A stretch of DNA of 64,000 bases from Thermoanaerobaculaceae bacterium (GTDB lineage Bacteria; Acidobacteriota; Thermoanaerobaculia; Thermoanaerobaculales; Thermoanaerobaculaceae): the NCBI GenBank assembly GCA_035384965.1, contig DAOOJE010000013.1, positions 13,531 to 77,530 on the forward strand, given 5' to 3'. The translations under genes were made by a program, and so were the position numbers. Position 1 is the stretch's first letter. The number at the start of each line of letters is the position of its first letter. This document shows, in pieces, positions 38,337 to 49,114 of the stretch. Under the pieces are notes generated by a model that had not been told where the DNA came from, did not search any database, and was given only the letters and a program-made list of their open reading frames with translations.

Positions 38337-40052
38337 ATGGCCCTCAAGCTTGGTGAACTCCTCCTCAAGGCCCAGTTGGTCAACCAGCAGCAGCTGCAGA
38401 AGGCGCTGGACGAGCAGAAGAGCACCGGCGGCAAGCTCGGGGAGATCCTGCAGCGCCTCGGGTACGTGACCGAGGACGACATCATCGAGTGCCTGTCCCA
38501 CCAGTTCGGCGTCCCCTCGATCAACCTGCGTCACTTCGAGATCGACTCCAACGTCGCGCGCCTCATTCCGGTCGACCTGGCCCGCAAGTACAACGTCATC
38601 CCGGTCAACAAGACCGGCGCCACCCTCACCCTCGCCATGACGGACCCGACCAACATCTTCGCCATGGACGAGATCACCTTCATGACCGGCTACCGGGTGG
38701 AACCGGTGGTCGCCTCCGAGGAGGCGATCCGCGAAACCATCGACCGCCACTTCGGATCGACCCGCGAGGTCGAACTCAAGAAGGTCATGGAGGACCTCAC
38801 GAGCGTCGACGAGGCGGCGCTCGAGCTCATGGAGGAAGAGGAGGAGATGGACGTGGCCACCCTCGCCGAGGGGGCCGAGGAAGCGCCGGTCGTGCGGCTC
38901 GTCAACATCATGCTCACTGACGCCATCAAGCGCGGCGCGTCGGACATCCACGTCGAGCCGTACGAGAGGAACTTCCGCGTGCGCTACCGCATCGACGGGT
39001 TGCTGCGCGAGGTCATGACCCCGCCGCTCAAGCTCAAGGACGCCATCACCTCGCGCATCAAGGTGCTCTCGAAGCTCGACATTGCCGAGAAGCGCCTGCC
39101 CCAGGACGGCCGCATCCGCCTCAAGGCCAAGGTCGAGGGGCGGACCCGCGAGCTCGACTACCGCGTGTCCGTGATCCCCACCGTGCACGGCGAAAAGGTC
39201 GTGATGCGGCTCCTCGACAAGGAGAACCTCCGCCTCGACCTCACCAAGCTCGGGTTCGAGAAGCCTTCTCTCAAGGCGTTCGAGGACGCCGTGCTCAAGC
39301 CCTACGGCATGGTGCTGGTCACCGGCCCGACCGGCTCGGGCAAGACCAACACCCTCTACTCCGCCCTGCAGCGCGTCAACACCCCCGACACCAACATCAT
39401 GACCGCCGAGGACCCGGTCGAGTTCCAGATGCCCGGCGTCAACCAGGTGCAGATGAAGGACTCGATCGGCCTCAACTTCGCGGCCGCCTTGCGCTCCTTC
39501 CTGCGGCAGGACCCGAACATCATCCTGGTCGGTGAGATCCGCGACTTCGAAACGGCCGAGATCGCGATCAAGGCGGCGCTCACGGGGCACCTTGTGCTCT
39601 CCACCCTCCACACCAACGACGCCCCCTCGACCATTTCCCGCCTCATGAACATGGGCATCGAGCCGTTTCTCGTCGCCACCTCGGTCAACTGCATCGCGGC
39701 GCAGCGTCTCGTCCGCCGGGTCTGCACCAACTGCAAGGAGGAGATCGACACGCCGATCCAGGCGCTGCTGGGCGTCGGGTTCTCCGAGGCGGAGGCGCAC
39801 GACATCAAGCTTTACAAGGGCCGTGGCTGCGACAAGTGCAACAACACAGGGTACAAGGGCCGCACGGCCCTGATCGAGGTCATGACCATGACCGACGACC
39901 TCCGCGAGCTGGTGCTCTCGGGGGCAACCGCCATCGAGCTGCGGCGCAAGGCGCGCGAGGAGGGGATGATCACCCTCCGCGAGTCGGGCCTGCACAAGAT
40001 CCGGGAAGGCCTCACGACCATCGAGGAGGTCGTCCGGGAAACCGTTTTGTAA
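38337..40052 (+). CDS. pilB: type IV pilus assembly ATPase PilB with MshEN-type N-terminal domain
   Basis: 571 aa. The N-terminus is KLGELLLKAQLVNQQQLQKALDEQ...KLGEILQRLGYVTEDDI. Motifs: ASDIHVEP, Walker A LVTGPTGSGKTNTLYS, IMTAEDPVEF, ILVGEIRDFETA and GHLVLSTLHTN. The tetracysteine motif is CTNC...CDKC. Confidence 0.92.
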   Translation: MALKLGELLLKAQLVNQQQLQKALDEQKSTGGKLGEILQRLGYVTEDDIIECLSHQFGVPSINLRHFEIDSNVARLIPVDLARKYNVIPVNKTGATLTLAMTDPTNIFAMDEITFMTGYRVEPVVASEEAIRETIDRHFGSTREVELKKVMEDLTSVDEAALELMEEEEEMDVATLAEGAEEAPVVRLVNIMLTDAIKRGASDIHVEPYERNFRVRYRIDGLLREVMTPPLKLKDAITSRIKVLSKLDIAEKRLPQDGRIRLKAKVEGRTRELDYRVSVIPTVHGEKVVMRLLDKENLRLDLTKLGFEKPSLKAFEDAVLKPYGMVLVTGPTGSGKTNTLYSALQRVNTPDTNIMTAEDPVEFQMPGVNQVQMKDSIGLNFAAALRSFLRQDPNIILVGEIRDFETAEIAIKAALTGHLVLSTLHTNDAPSTISRLMNMGIEPFLVATSVNCIAAQRLVRRVCTNCKEEIDTPIQALLGVGFSEAEAHDIKLYKGRGCDKCNNTGYKGRTALIEVMTMTDDLRELVLSGATAIELRRKAREEGMITLRESGLHKIREGLTTIEEVVRETVL

Positions 40053-40062
40053 GGGGGCGCGC

Positions 40063-41178
40063 ATGGCCGTCACGCTGCACGAGCTCCTCAAGACCATGGT
40101 GGACTCCGGTGCCACCGACCTTCACGTCACGACGAACTCCCCCCCCATCATCCGGGTGCACGGGCTGCTCGAGCGGCTGCCGGGCCCGCCCCTGACCGCA
40201 CCCGAGACCAAGCGACTCGTCTACTCGGTGCTCACCGACGCGCAGAAGCACCGGCTGGAGGAGACGCTCGAGCTCGACCTCTCGTTCGGCATCAAGGGGC
40301 TGGCTCGCTTCCGCGCCAACATCTTCTTCCAGCGCGGCGCGCTGGCCGGGGCGTTCCGCCGCATCCCGTACGAGATCCTGGGCTTCAAGGAGCTGGGGTT
40401 GCCCCAGATCGTGGAGTCGCTGTGCGAGAAGCCGCGGGGGCTCGTGCTCGTCACCGGGCCGACCGGCTCGGGCAAGTCCACCTCGCTCGCCGCCATGATC
40501 GACAAGGTCAACCGCGAGAAGCCACTCCACATCATCACGATCGAGGACCCGATCGAGTACCTGCACACGCACCAGAAGGCGATGGTGAACCAGCGCGAGC
40601 TGCACTCCGACACGCAGTCCTACGCCAACGCGCTGCGCTCGGTGCTGCGCGAGGACCCCGACGTGGTGCTCATCGGCGAGATGCGCGACCTCGAGACGGT
40701 GGAGTCGGCGCTGCGCATCGCCGAGACCGGTCACCTGACGTTCGCGACGCTCCACACCAACTCGGCGCCCCAGACCATCAATCGCATCATCGACGTCTTC
40801 CCCGAGCACCAGCAGTCCCAGATCCGCACCCAGCTCTCGTTCGTCCTCGAGGGCATCATCTGCCAGTCGCTGCTGCCCAAGGCGGGGGGCCGGGGGCGGG
40901 TGCTCGCCTGCGAGATCTTGATTCCCAACGCCGCGGTGCGTAACCTCATCCGAGAGGACAAGGTTCACCAGATCTACTCGATGATGCAGACGGGCCAGCT
41001 CAAGCACGGGATGCAGACCTTTAACCAGTCGCTGGCCACGCTCTATCAGCGCAAGCTGATCACCTTGCAGACCGCCCTGTCCTACAGCTCCAACCAAGAA
41101 GAGCTGCAGGACATGATCAACCGGGGCACGGGCGTCGTGCAGCAACCCTTGCCGCCCCGTGTGCCAGGGAGGAGCTAG
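40063..41178 (+). CDS. pilT: type IV pilus retraction ATPase PilT
   Basis: 371 aa. Motifs GATDLHVTTNSPPIIRVHG, Walker A LVTGPTGSGKSTSLAAM, IITIEDPIEY, VLIGEMRDLETV, GHLTFATLHTN and a PilT-type tail. Confidence 0.92.
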   Translation: MAVTLHELLKTMVDSGATDLHVTTNSPPIIRVHGLLERLPGPPLTAPETKRLVYSVLTDAQKHRLEETLELDLSFGIKGLARFRANIFFQRGALAGAFRRIPYEILGFKELGLPQIVESLCEKPRGLVLVTGPTGSGKSTSLAAMIDKVNREKPLHIITIEDPIEYLHTHQKAMVNQRELHSDTQSYANALRSVLREDPDVVLIGEMRDLETVESALRIAETGHLTFATLHTNSAPQTINRIIDVFPEHQQSQIRTQLSFVLEGIICQSLLPKAGGRGRVLACEILIPNAAVRNLIREDKVHQIYSMMQTGQLKHGMQTFNQSLATLYQRKLITLQTALSYSSNQEELQDMINRGTGVVQQPLPPRVPGRS

Positions 41179-41181
41179 CGT

Positions 41182-42384
41182 ATGCCCAGCTTTGAATGGA
41201 AGGGACGAGATCGCGCCGGTCGGCCGCAGAGCGGCGTGCTGGTGGCTGACACCAAGGATGCCGCCCTGGCCGTCCTGCGGCGCCAGCAGGTGGTGCCGAT
41301 CACGGTCAAGGAGAAGGGCAAGGAGATCGCCGTCCCCAAGGTGCGCGGCGGCGTGTCCGACAAGGCCCTCGCCGTCTTCACCCGGCAGTTTTCCGTCATG
41401 ATCGACGCCGGCCTGCCGCTCGTGCAGTGCCTGCAGATCCTCGGCGAGCAGCAGGAAAACAAGGCGTTCCAGCGCATCATCCTGCAGGTCCGGGAAGACG
41501 TGGAGACGGGGTCCTCGCTCGCCAACGCCCTCAAGAAGCACCCACAGGCGTTTTCCGACCTCTACGTGAACATGGTGGCGGCCGGCGAGGCGGGCGGTAT
41601 CCTCGACACCATCCTCCAGCGCCTCGCGACCTACATCGAGAAGGCGGCCCGCCTCAAGGCCCAGGTCAAGGCGGCGATGATTTACCCGGTGACGGTCATC
41701 GCGATCGCCATCCTCGTCGTGTACGTGATCCTCTGGAAAGTCATCCCGGTCTTCGCGTCGCTGTTCGAGAGCCTGGGCGCCAGCCTGCCGCTGCCGACCC
41801 GCATCGTCGTCGCGCTCTCGAAGTTCGTGGGGCGCTTCTGGTGGCTCATTGCTCTCGTGCTGGTTGCCGGCATCATTGCCGTGCGCCAGTACTACAAGAC
41901 TCCCCAGGGCAAGTTGGTCATCGACAAGATCTTGCTCAAGACGCCAGTGCTCGGCATGGTGCTGCGCAAGATCGCGGTGGCGCGCTTCTGCCGCACCCTC
42001 GGCACTTTGCTGTCGGCGGGCGTGCCGGTGCTCGAGTCCCTCGAGATCACCGCCAGGACCTCCGGCAACGCGGTCATCGAGCGCGCCATCCTGGAGGTCC
42101 GCAAGCAGGTCGAGGAAGGCAAGACCCTGGCCGAACCCCTCAAGGCCACGAACCAGTTCCCGCCGATGGTGGTGCAGATGATCAGCGTCGGCGAGGCGAC
42201 CGGCGCCATGGACACCATGCTCGCGAAGATCGCCGAGTTCTACGAAGAAGAAGTCGACACGGCGGTGGCGGGCATGATGAAGCTCATCGAGCCGGTCATG
42301 ATCTTCTTCCTCGGCGTGGTGATCGGCGGCATCGTCATCGCGATGTACCTGCCGATGTTCGACCTCATCTCCAAGATCGGATGA
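41182..42384 (+). CDS. pilC: type IV pilus platform protein PilC
   Basis: 400 aa. Two T2SSF repeats are present (FTRQFSVMIDAGLPLVQCL and FCRTLGTLLSAGVPVLESL), with TM segments and C-terminal LPMFDLISKIG. Confidence 0.92.
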   Translation: MPSFEWKGRDRAGRPQSGVLVADTKDAALAVLRRQQVVPITVKEKGKEIAVPKVRGGVSDKALAVFTRQFSVMIDAGLPLVQCLQILGEQQENKAFQRIILQVREDVETGSSLANALKKHPQAFSDLYVNMVAAGEAGGILDTILQRLATYIEKAARLKAQVKAAMIYPVTVIAIAILVVYVILWKVIPVFASLFESLGASLPLPTRIVVALSKFVGRFWWLIALVLVAGIIAVRQYYKTPQGKLVIDKILLKTPVLGMVLRKIAVARFCRTLGTLLSAGVPVLESLEITARTSGNAVIERAILEVRKQVEEGKTLAEPLKATNQFPPMVVQMISVGEATGAMDTMLAKIAEFYEEEVDTAVAGMMKLIEPVMIFFLGVVIGGIVIAMYLPMFDLISKIG

Positions 42385-44047
42385 GTTCGCCTGCTGGCTT
42401 CCGGGCCGATTCGACGGTCGGCCCGGAGCCGCCCGTCCCGGGCCTCGCGCGTGCGGTCAGGTGGTTGATCGGCATGCGCCTGCTTGCCGTTTCCGGGTTG
42501 CTCGTGGGCGCCCTCCTCGTGCAGGTCTCGAGCGAGGAGATCCTGCCCATCGGTCCCCTGATCCGGGTGGCGGGGCTCGCCTACCTGCTCTCGCTGGTCT
42601 GGATCGTGTTGCTCCTGGTGCGCGTTCCGCCCGGGCTGCACGGGGGGCTCCAGCTCGCCGGGGACCTGGCGGTGGTCACCGCGCTCATCTTCGTGACCGG
42701 TGGACCCAGCTCGCCGTTTTCGTTCCTGTTCATGATCCCGGTCGCCCTCGGCGCGCACCTGTTCGGGCTGCGAGGGGCGCTCACCACGGCCGGTGCGGCG
42801 TTCGTCTCCTACGCCGGGCTCGTCGAGCTGGTCGCCTTTCGCCTCGTCTCGGTCCCGGCTTACGCCCCGCCGGTGCCGGTGGGAGGCAGCACCGGCCTCG
42901 GGCTCCAGCTCGTGGTCACCGGCATCGGCTTCGCGATCGTCGCGATCCTCACCTCGTTTCTCGCCCACTCGGTGCGCCGGGCCGAGCAGCAGCTGCTGGG
43001 CGAGCGCACGGCCAGCGCCCGCTTTCTCGCGCTTTCCGACGACGTCTTGCGCTCGGTCGACTCGGGTGTGCTGGCGGTGGACCTCGACGGCCGGGTCGTG
43101 CTCGGCAACCCCGCGGCCATGCGCATTCTCGGCCGCGACGAGGCGGTCGAGGGGAAGCTCGTCGACCAGCTTCTCGGACTCGAGAACGTTTCGTGGTCGG
43201 AGGTGCTGAAAAAGGTCTCGGCTTCCGGCCCGGTCAAGCTCGAAGGCACGGAAATCGGGCGCCGCGTTCCGGTGGGGTGCACGGTCACGCCCTTGCGCAG
43301 CGGCGAGGGCCGCCTCGTGGGGTTCGTGATCCACTTCCGCGACCTCACCGAGGTGAGGGAGACGACGCGCCGCGAGAGCCTCCGCGAGCGCATGGCGGCG
43401 GTCGGCCAGATGGCGGCCGGCATCGCGCACGAGATTCGCAACCCCCTCGCCTCGATTTCCGGCTCGGCCCAGGTGCTCGGCAAGGTCCCGGGGCTCGGCG
43501 AGAGCGAGCGGCGCCTCTCCCGCATCATCGTCGAGGAGTCGCGCCGCCTGTCCGCGACCATCGAGTCGTTCCTCGCCTACGCCCGCCCGCCGGAGCCGCA
43601 GCCCGGCCCGTGCCAAATCGGGTCGATCCTCGCCGACACCCTCACCCTGTTCGCCAACTCCCCGGAGGTGACGCCGGCGCACCGCATCGAACTCGACATC
43701 CGGCCGCACCCCGAGCCCGTCCTCGCGGACGAGCGGCAGCTACGGCAAGCGTTCTTCAACCTCGCCCGCAACGCCGTCCAGGCCATGCCGCACGGTGGTA
43801 CGATGCGCGTCATCGCCGCTCCCGAGAACGGCGAGTATGTGATCCGCTGGAGCGACGAGGGGATAGGCATGACGGCCTCGCAGATCGACGAGATCTTCCA
43901 GCCTTTCAAGGCCTTCCGCCAGGGAGGAACGGGGCTCGGACTGGCCGTCGTGTACTCGATCGTCAGCGAGCACCGCGGCGACATCAAGGTCGAGAGCGTC
44001 CCCGGCCAGGGCTCGACCTTCACCTTGCGGCTCCCGCTGGGATCGCC

Positions 44048-44051
<4 letters not shown>
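42381..44051 (+). CDS. pilS: PilS-type sensor histidine kinase
   Basis: ATG 42381 overlaps the pilC stop as ATGA. The N-terminus has multiple TM segments, followed by a PAS-like region. H-box AAGIAHEIRNPLASI. HATPase motifs NLARNAVQAM, DEGIGM and GGTGLGLAVV. Confidence 0.85.
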
Positions 44052-45394
<1,343 letters not shown>

Positions 45395-45397
45395 CGC

Positions 45398-45850
45398 GTG
45401 ACGACCGCGCTCGTGGCCCTGCTCCTGTGGCTCGCCCCACCCCCGCACCCCGCCTGCGTGCTCCCCGATGGCGCGACGGTCAAGCTCGAGCTTGCCGTCA
45501 CCGACCAGGACCGCGCCCTCGGGCTCATGTTCCGGGATGTCGTGCCGCCCGACACAGGGATGCTTTTCATCTTTTCGGAAGACGGCATCTGGCCGTTCTG
45601 GATGAAGGACACCTTCGTGAGCCTGGACCTCATTTGGCTCGACGCGAGCGGCACGGTCGTGGAGGTCAGGACCGACGTGCCGCCGTGCAGGCTCGACCCC
45701 TGTCCCTCGTACGCGCCGGCGGCCCAGAGTCGCGCCGTGCTCGAGATGGTGGCCGGCTCCGCCGTCCGGCACGGTATCAGGCCCGGCACGACGCTGCGCT
45801 TTTCGGCGGTGCCGGGCTATCCGCTGCCGCCTCCCACCAGGACGAAGTAG
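45398..45850 (+). CDS. DUF192 domain protein
   Basis: GTG 45398 lies 3 nt after the pilR stop. Signal-like N-terminus. Family-like motifs: LELAVTDQDRALGLMFR....DTGMLFIF......FWMKDT...LDLIWLD..G.VV. Confidence 0.75.
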   Translation: MTTALVALLLWLAPPPHPACVLPDGATVKLELAVTDQDRALGLMFRDVVPPDTGMLFIFSEDGIWPFWMKDTFVSLDLIWLDASGTVVEVRTDVPPCRLDPCPSYAPAAQSRAVLEMVAGSAVRHGIRPGTTLRFSAVPGYPLPPPTRTK

Positions 45851-45980
45851 CCCTCGGCCAGTCGCCCGCGAATGACGGATCCAGAGCCCCCAGTGCGGCA
45901 AGGGGTGGAGGTGACTGGCCGTTGGCTGCGGGAGGGGAGGTCAGAGGCCTGAATGGCTGGCGACCCGGCGGCCTGTCGGG

Positions 45981-46265
45981 TCAGGACGACGGCTTCGACG
46001 GAGCGGGCGGCGCCGGCTTGCTCTCGGACGCAGGCTTGGCGGGCTCGCCGGGCGCCGTGGAAGGGGCTTCTCTGTCCTTCCTGCCGGCCCGGGCGTAGTC
46101 GGTGACGTACCAGCCGCTGCCCTTGAACCGGAGCGCCGGGGCCGAGATCACTTTCAGCATCTGGCCGCCGCAGCGTGCGCACTCGGCGGGGGGGGGGTCC
46201 CCGGAACGCTGCAGGACCTCGATCGTTTCACCACAGCTCGAACACCTGTACTCGTACAAAGGCAT
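45981..46265 (-). CDS. FmdB-family zinc-ribbon protein (CxxC...CxxC)
   Basis: ATG 46265 gives MPLYEYRCSSCGETIEVLQRSGDPPPAECARCGG, the canonical FmdB start. A Pro/Ala/Ser-rich tail follows. The track start 46286 adds 7 unlikely residues. Confidence 0.8.
   Translation of the reverse strand: MPLYEYRCSSCGETIEVLQRSGDPPPAECARCGGQMLKVISAPALRFKGSGWYVTDYARAGRKDREAPSTAPGEPAKPASESKPAPPAPSKPSS
46188..46197. repeat. G10/C10 homopolymer inside the FmdB-like coding sequence
   Basis: The plus strand reads cggc-GGGGGGGGGG-tcc. On the coding strand this is GAC CCC CCC CCC GCC (D-P-P-P-A), between the two CxxC pairs. Confidence 0.9.
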
Positions 46266-46313
46266 GAACACCCTCCGTGGAGGCACGCGCGCCCGCTCTC
46301 GACCGTGCCGGGG

Positions 46314-47081
46314 CTAGCCGCCCGACGGCACCTGCACCTTGATGCCGGCCGCGGAGTCCTTTTCCTTGCGGATCAGCCCCAGGCAGTGGAGAGCGTAGAT
46401 GATGCGGGCGTTGAGGCCGGCGCTCAGAGGCCCGCTCTCGCACAGCTCGAACAGCGTCCGGCGGCCGTCCATGAGGCTGAGCAGCTCCTCCTCGCTCCCC
46501 TCGAGCTGGATGCCCTCCAGGTGCTCCGGCACGGGAAGCCTCGAAAAGACCGTGTTCTTGCCGCCGAGCCGGCTGATCAGCCGCTTCGCGTCCGGCACGG
46601 TCTTGCAGCCGTGGAGGATGGCGCGCGGCGTCGGGATGCGGAGCTTGTAGACCTCGTCCACGCGATCGGCGCCGAGCGTGAACGTCACCAGCCCCTCGGA
46701 GAGCCCGAACAGGCTCCAGACGATGCGCTGAACCTGCTCGAGAACGGCGGTGCGCATCTCGGCCTCGGTGAGCACGCCCATCTGGACCAGGATCTGTCCG
46801 TGCCGCTTGTGGGGGTTGTCGAGGAGCATGAGCGCCGACGCCCGGTACTGCTCCATCGTGATCCGCCCCGCCGCCAGGAGCATGTCGCCAAGCGACTCGC
46901 CGCGGTTGGTCGACGAGGCGAAGATGATGTCACCGTTGAGGATGAAGACCCGCTTGGTGCAGTCGCCGAGCTGCGCCTCGACGACTCCCGGCACCCGATA
47001 GCGGTGGATCGTCGCCAGCATCTCGGGCAGCGGGGTCTCGGCCAGGTCGCCGACGTAGATGTGCCGCGCCTCACCAACCAC
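46314..47081 (-). CDS. DUF4388 (PATAN-type) domain protein
   Basis: 255 aa from GTG 47081. The N-terminus reads GDLAETPLPEMLATIHRYRVPGVVEAQLGDCTKRVFILNGDIIFASS, which is the DUF4388 pattern. The C-terminal half is helical. Confidence 0.75.
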   Translation of the reverse strand: MVGEARHIYVGDLAETPLPEMLATIHRYRVPGVVEAQLGDCTKRVFILNGDIIFASSTNRGESLGDMLLAAGRITMEQYRASALMLLDNPHKRHGQILVQMGVLTEAEMRTAVLEQVQRIVWSLFGLSEGLVTFTLGADRVDEVYKLRIPTPRAILHGCKTVPDAKRLISRLGGKNTVFSRLPVPEHLEGIQLEGSEEELLSLMDGRRTLFELCESGPLSAGLNARIIYALHCLGLIRKEKDSAAGIKVQVPSGG

Positions 47082-47137
47082 GAGAAGAATGGTAGCACGG
47101 CCTCTCCACTCCCGCTCGCGGATGATAGACTGGAGGC

Positions 47138-47236
47138 GGAAGCGCCTGGGGCCTGGTGGCTCTCGCGGTCTTCAAAACCGTTGCGCCGTGCGGCTGCCGT
47201 ACGGTGGGTGGGTTCGATTCCCATGCGCTTCCGCCA
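47138..47236 (+). tRNA. selC: tRNA-Sec (selenocysteine tRNA, anticodon UCA)
   Basis: 99 nt. 8-bp acceptor stem GGAAGCGC/GCGCTTCC, discriminator G and encoded CCA. 6-bp D stem (GGGGCC/GGCTCT) with a 4-nt loop. Anticodon loop CUUCAAA, with TCA at 47172-47174. Long variable arm of about 20 nt. 5-bp T stem with GTTCGATTC. This 8/5 geometry is diagnostic of bacterial tRNA-Sec. Confidence 0.9.
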
Positions 47237-47497
47237 CTTACAAGCCATCCCCGCCGGCATCCAGAAACACGCGTCTTCCGGTTCCATGCCGGTTCTCTGC
47301 TCACTCGCAGTCCTGGCACCTCCCCTGGCTCCCTCGTTTCCTACTGACGCCCACCCGCGCCCAGGGAGCCCGATTCCCCCGGCGCCGGGCCGCGCCGCCA
47401 GCCCTTACGTCAAAGGCGGTGTGGCCATCGACACCCTGGTCCTCATGGGGCAGGATCCCGGGTTCCTGCGGGTCTGCCCCTTCGCGGTGCCGCGGGG

Positions 47498-49030
47498 CTA
47501 CCAGGACGAGCCGAGCTCGCCGACCTCGGCCTCGACCGCATCGAGCACGTCGCAGCGCTCGACGGCCGCCATCATGGCGTTGTGGTCCGGGAAGAGCGGG
47601 CGATCCTCGTCGAGATGCGCCACGACCTTGCGGACCGCGGCCTTGGCGGCGCGCGTCCCAAGGCCAGGTGTGAACTCCCTGAAATCGAGCGCCTGGGCCG
47701 CGGCGATCAGCTCGATCCCCAGCACGCCGTAGGCGTTGGCGAGGATCTGCTTGGTCTTCAGCGCGGCGTTCATGCCCATCGACACGAAGTCCTCCTGGTC
47801 AGCCGCCGCCGGGATCGACTGGCAGCACGACGGCGTCGAGAGGATGCGCTGCTCGACAATGAGCGTGTCGGCGGTGTACTGCGAGAGCATGAGCCCGGAA
47901 AACATGCCGGCGCCCCTGGTGAGGAACTCCGGCAGCCCGACCGAGAGCGCCGGGTTGAGCAGCCGGTTGAGCCGGCGTTCGGAGAGCACCGAGACGGTCG
48001 TGAGCCCGGCGCCGATCATGTCGAGCGGGAGCGACACCGGCGTGCCCTGGAAGTTGGCGCCGGTGAGCACGAGGTTGTCCTCGGCCACGAACACCGGGTT
48101 GTCGGCCACGGCGTTGAGCTCGATCTCGACCTGGGCGCGGGCGTACGCCATGGCGTCGCGCACGGCGCCGATGACTTGCGGCGTGGAGCGCATCGAGTAG
48201 GCGTCCTGCACCTTGGTCTTGAGCTTGCCGGTGACGAGGTCGGAACCGGCGATGACCTTCCGGAGGTTGGCGGCGCAGGTGATGGCGCCCTTGAAGCCGC
48301 GCAACACGTGGAGCTTGTCTTGGTACGGCTTCATGTTGGCGAGCAGCGCCTCGAGCGACATGGCGGCGGCGATCTCCGCCTGCTTCAGCCAGCGCTCGGC
48401 GTCGTAAAGGATCAGGCAGGCGATGCCCGTGATGAGGTTGGAGCCGTTGATGGCAGCGAGGCCGTCACGCGCCTTCAGCCCCGGCACCGGGATCCCGGCC
48501 AGTTCCATCGCTCGCGCCGTCGGCATGCGCTCACCCCGGTAAAACGCCTCGCCTTCGCCCATGAGCGAGAGCGCGAGCTGGCTCATCGGCGAGAGGTCGC
48601 CGCAGGCGCCCACCGAGCCCTTCTCGCACACCACGGGAGTCACGCCCTTGTTGAGGAGGTCGACATAGGTGAGGGTGATCTCGGGGCGACACCCGGAGTA
48701 GCCGCGGGCATGCACGTTGATGCGGGACAGGATCGCCGCCCGCACATGCTCGATCGGACACGGCTGGCCGATCCCGGCCGCGTGGTTGTAAATCAAATAG
48801 CGCTGAAACTGCTTGACTTGCTCGTCAGAGAGCACCACCTCGGAGAACTCGCCGATGCCGGTGTTGACGCCGTACATGATCTCGTGGGCGTCGACCTTGC
48901 GCTCGAGCATGGCGCGGCAGGTCTTGATGCGCTCCAGGGCCTCGGGTGCCAGCTCGACCTTCTCGCCGAAGCGGGCGACGCGCACGACATCTTCGATCCG
49001 GAGATGGTGTCCATCACAAGTCACGGCCAT
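47498..49030 (-). CDS. histidine/aromatic amino acid ammonia-lyase family (MIO-type) enzyme with Ala-Cys-Gly triad
   Basis: 510 aa. Motifs YGVNTGIGEFS, NHAAGIG, GSVGACGDLSPMS (family consensus GSVGASGDLAPL), NGSNL and QEDFVSMG. Codon 143 is TGC (bases 48604..48602), verified on the DNA. Confidence 0.88.
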   Translation of the reverse strand: MAVTCDGHHLRIEDVVRVARFGEKVELAPEALERIKTCRAMLERKVDAHEIMYGVNTGIGEFSEVVLSDEQVKQFQRYLIYNHAAGIGQPCPIEHVRAAILSRINVHARGYSGCRPEITLTYVDLLNKGVTPVVCEKGSVGACGDLSPMSQLALSLMGEGEAFYRGERMPTARAMELAGIPVPGLKARDGLAAINGSNLITGIACLILYDAERWLKQAEIAAAMSLEALLANMKPYQDKLHVLRGFKGAITCAANLRKVIAGSDLVTGKLKTKVQDAYSMRSTPQVIGAVRDAMAYARAQVEIELNAVADNPVFVAEDNLVLTGANFQGTPVSLPLDMIGAGLTTVSVLSERRLNRLLNPALSVGLPEFLTRGAGMFSGLMLSQYTADTLIVEQRILSTPSCCQSIPAAADQEDFVSMGMNAALKTKQILANAYGVLGIELIAAAQALDFREFTPGLGTRAAKAAVRKVVAHLDEDRPLFPDHNAMMAAVERCDVLDAVEAEVGELGSSW

Positions 49031-49114
49031 GGGGGTCTCCTCGGGCGCGGGGCCTTGCTCGGCCCCTGACGCGATGTCCGGGCATCATACCCCGCTCCTG
49101 CCGCCGCGGGACAC

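Noticed and set aside
47447-47480. Inverted repeat GGGGCAG…CTGCCCC downstream of the ammonia-lyase stop, as a rho-independent terminator.
   Set aside because: The stem is only 7 bp with a 20-nt loop, and no U-tract follows on the transcribed strand. Such structures arise by chance at this GC content.
47237-47497. tRNA-Sec 3' flank as a genomic-island integration site.
   Set aside because: There is no integrase, no repeat of the tRNA 3' end that I could find, and no compositional change. The neighbouring genes look like ordinary chromosomal genes.
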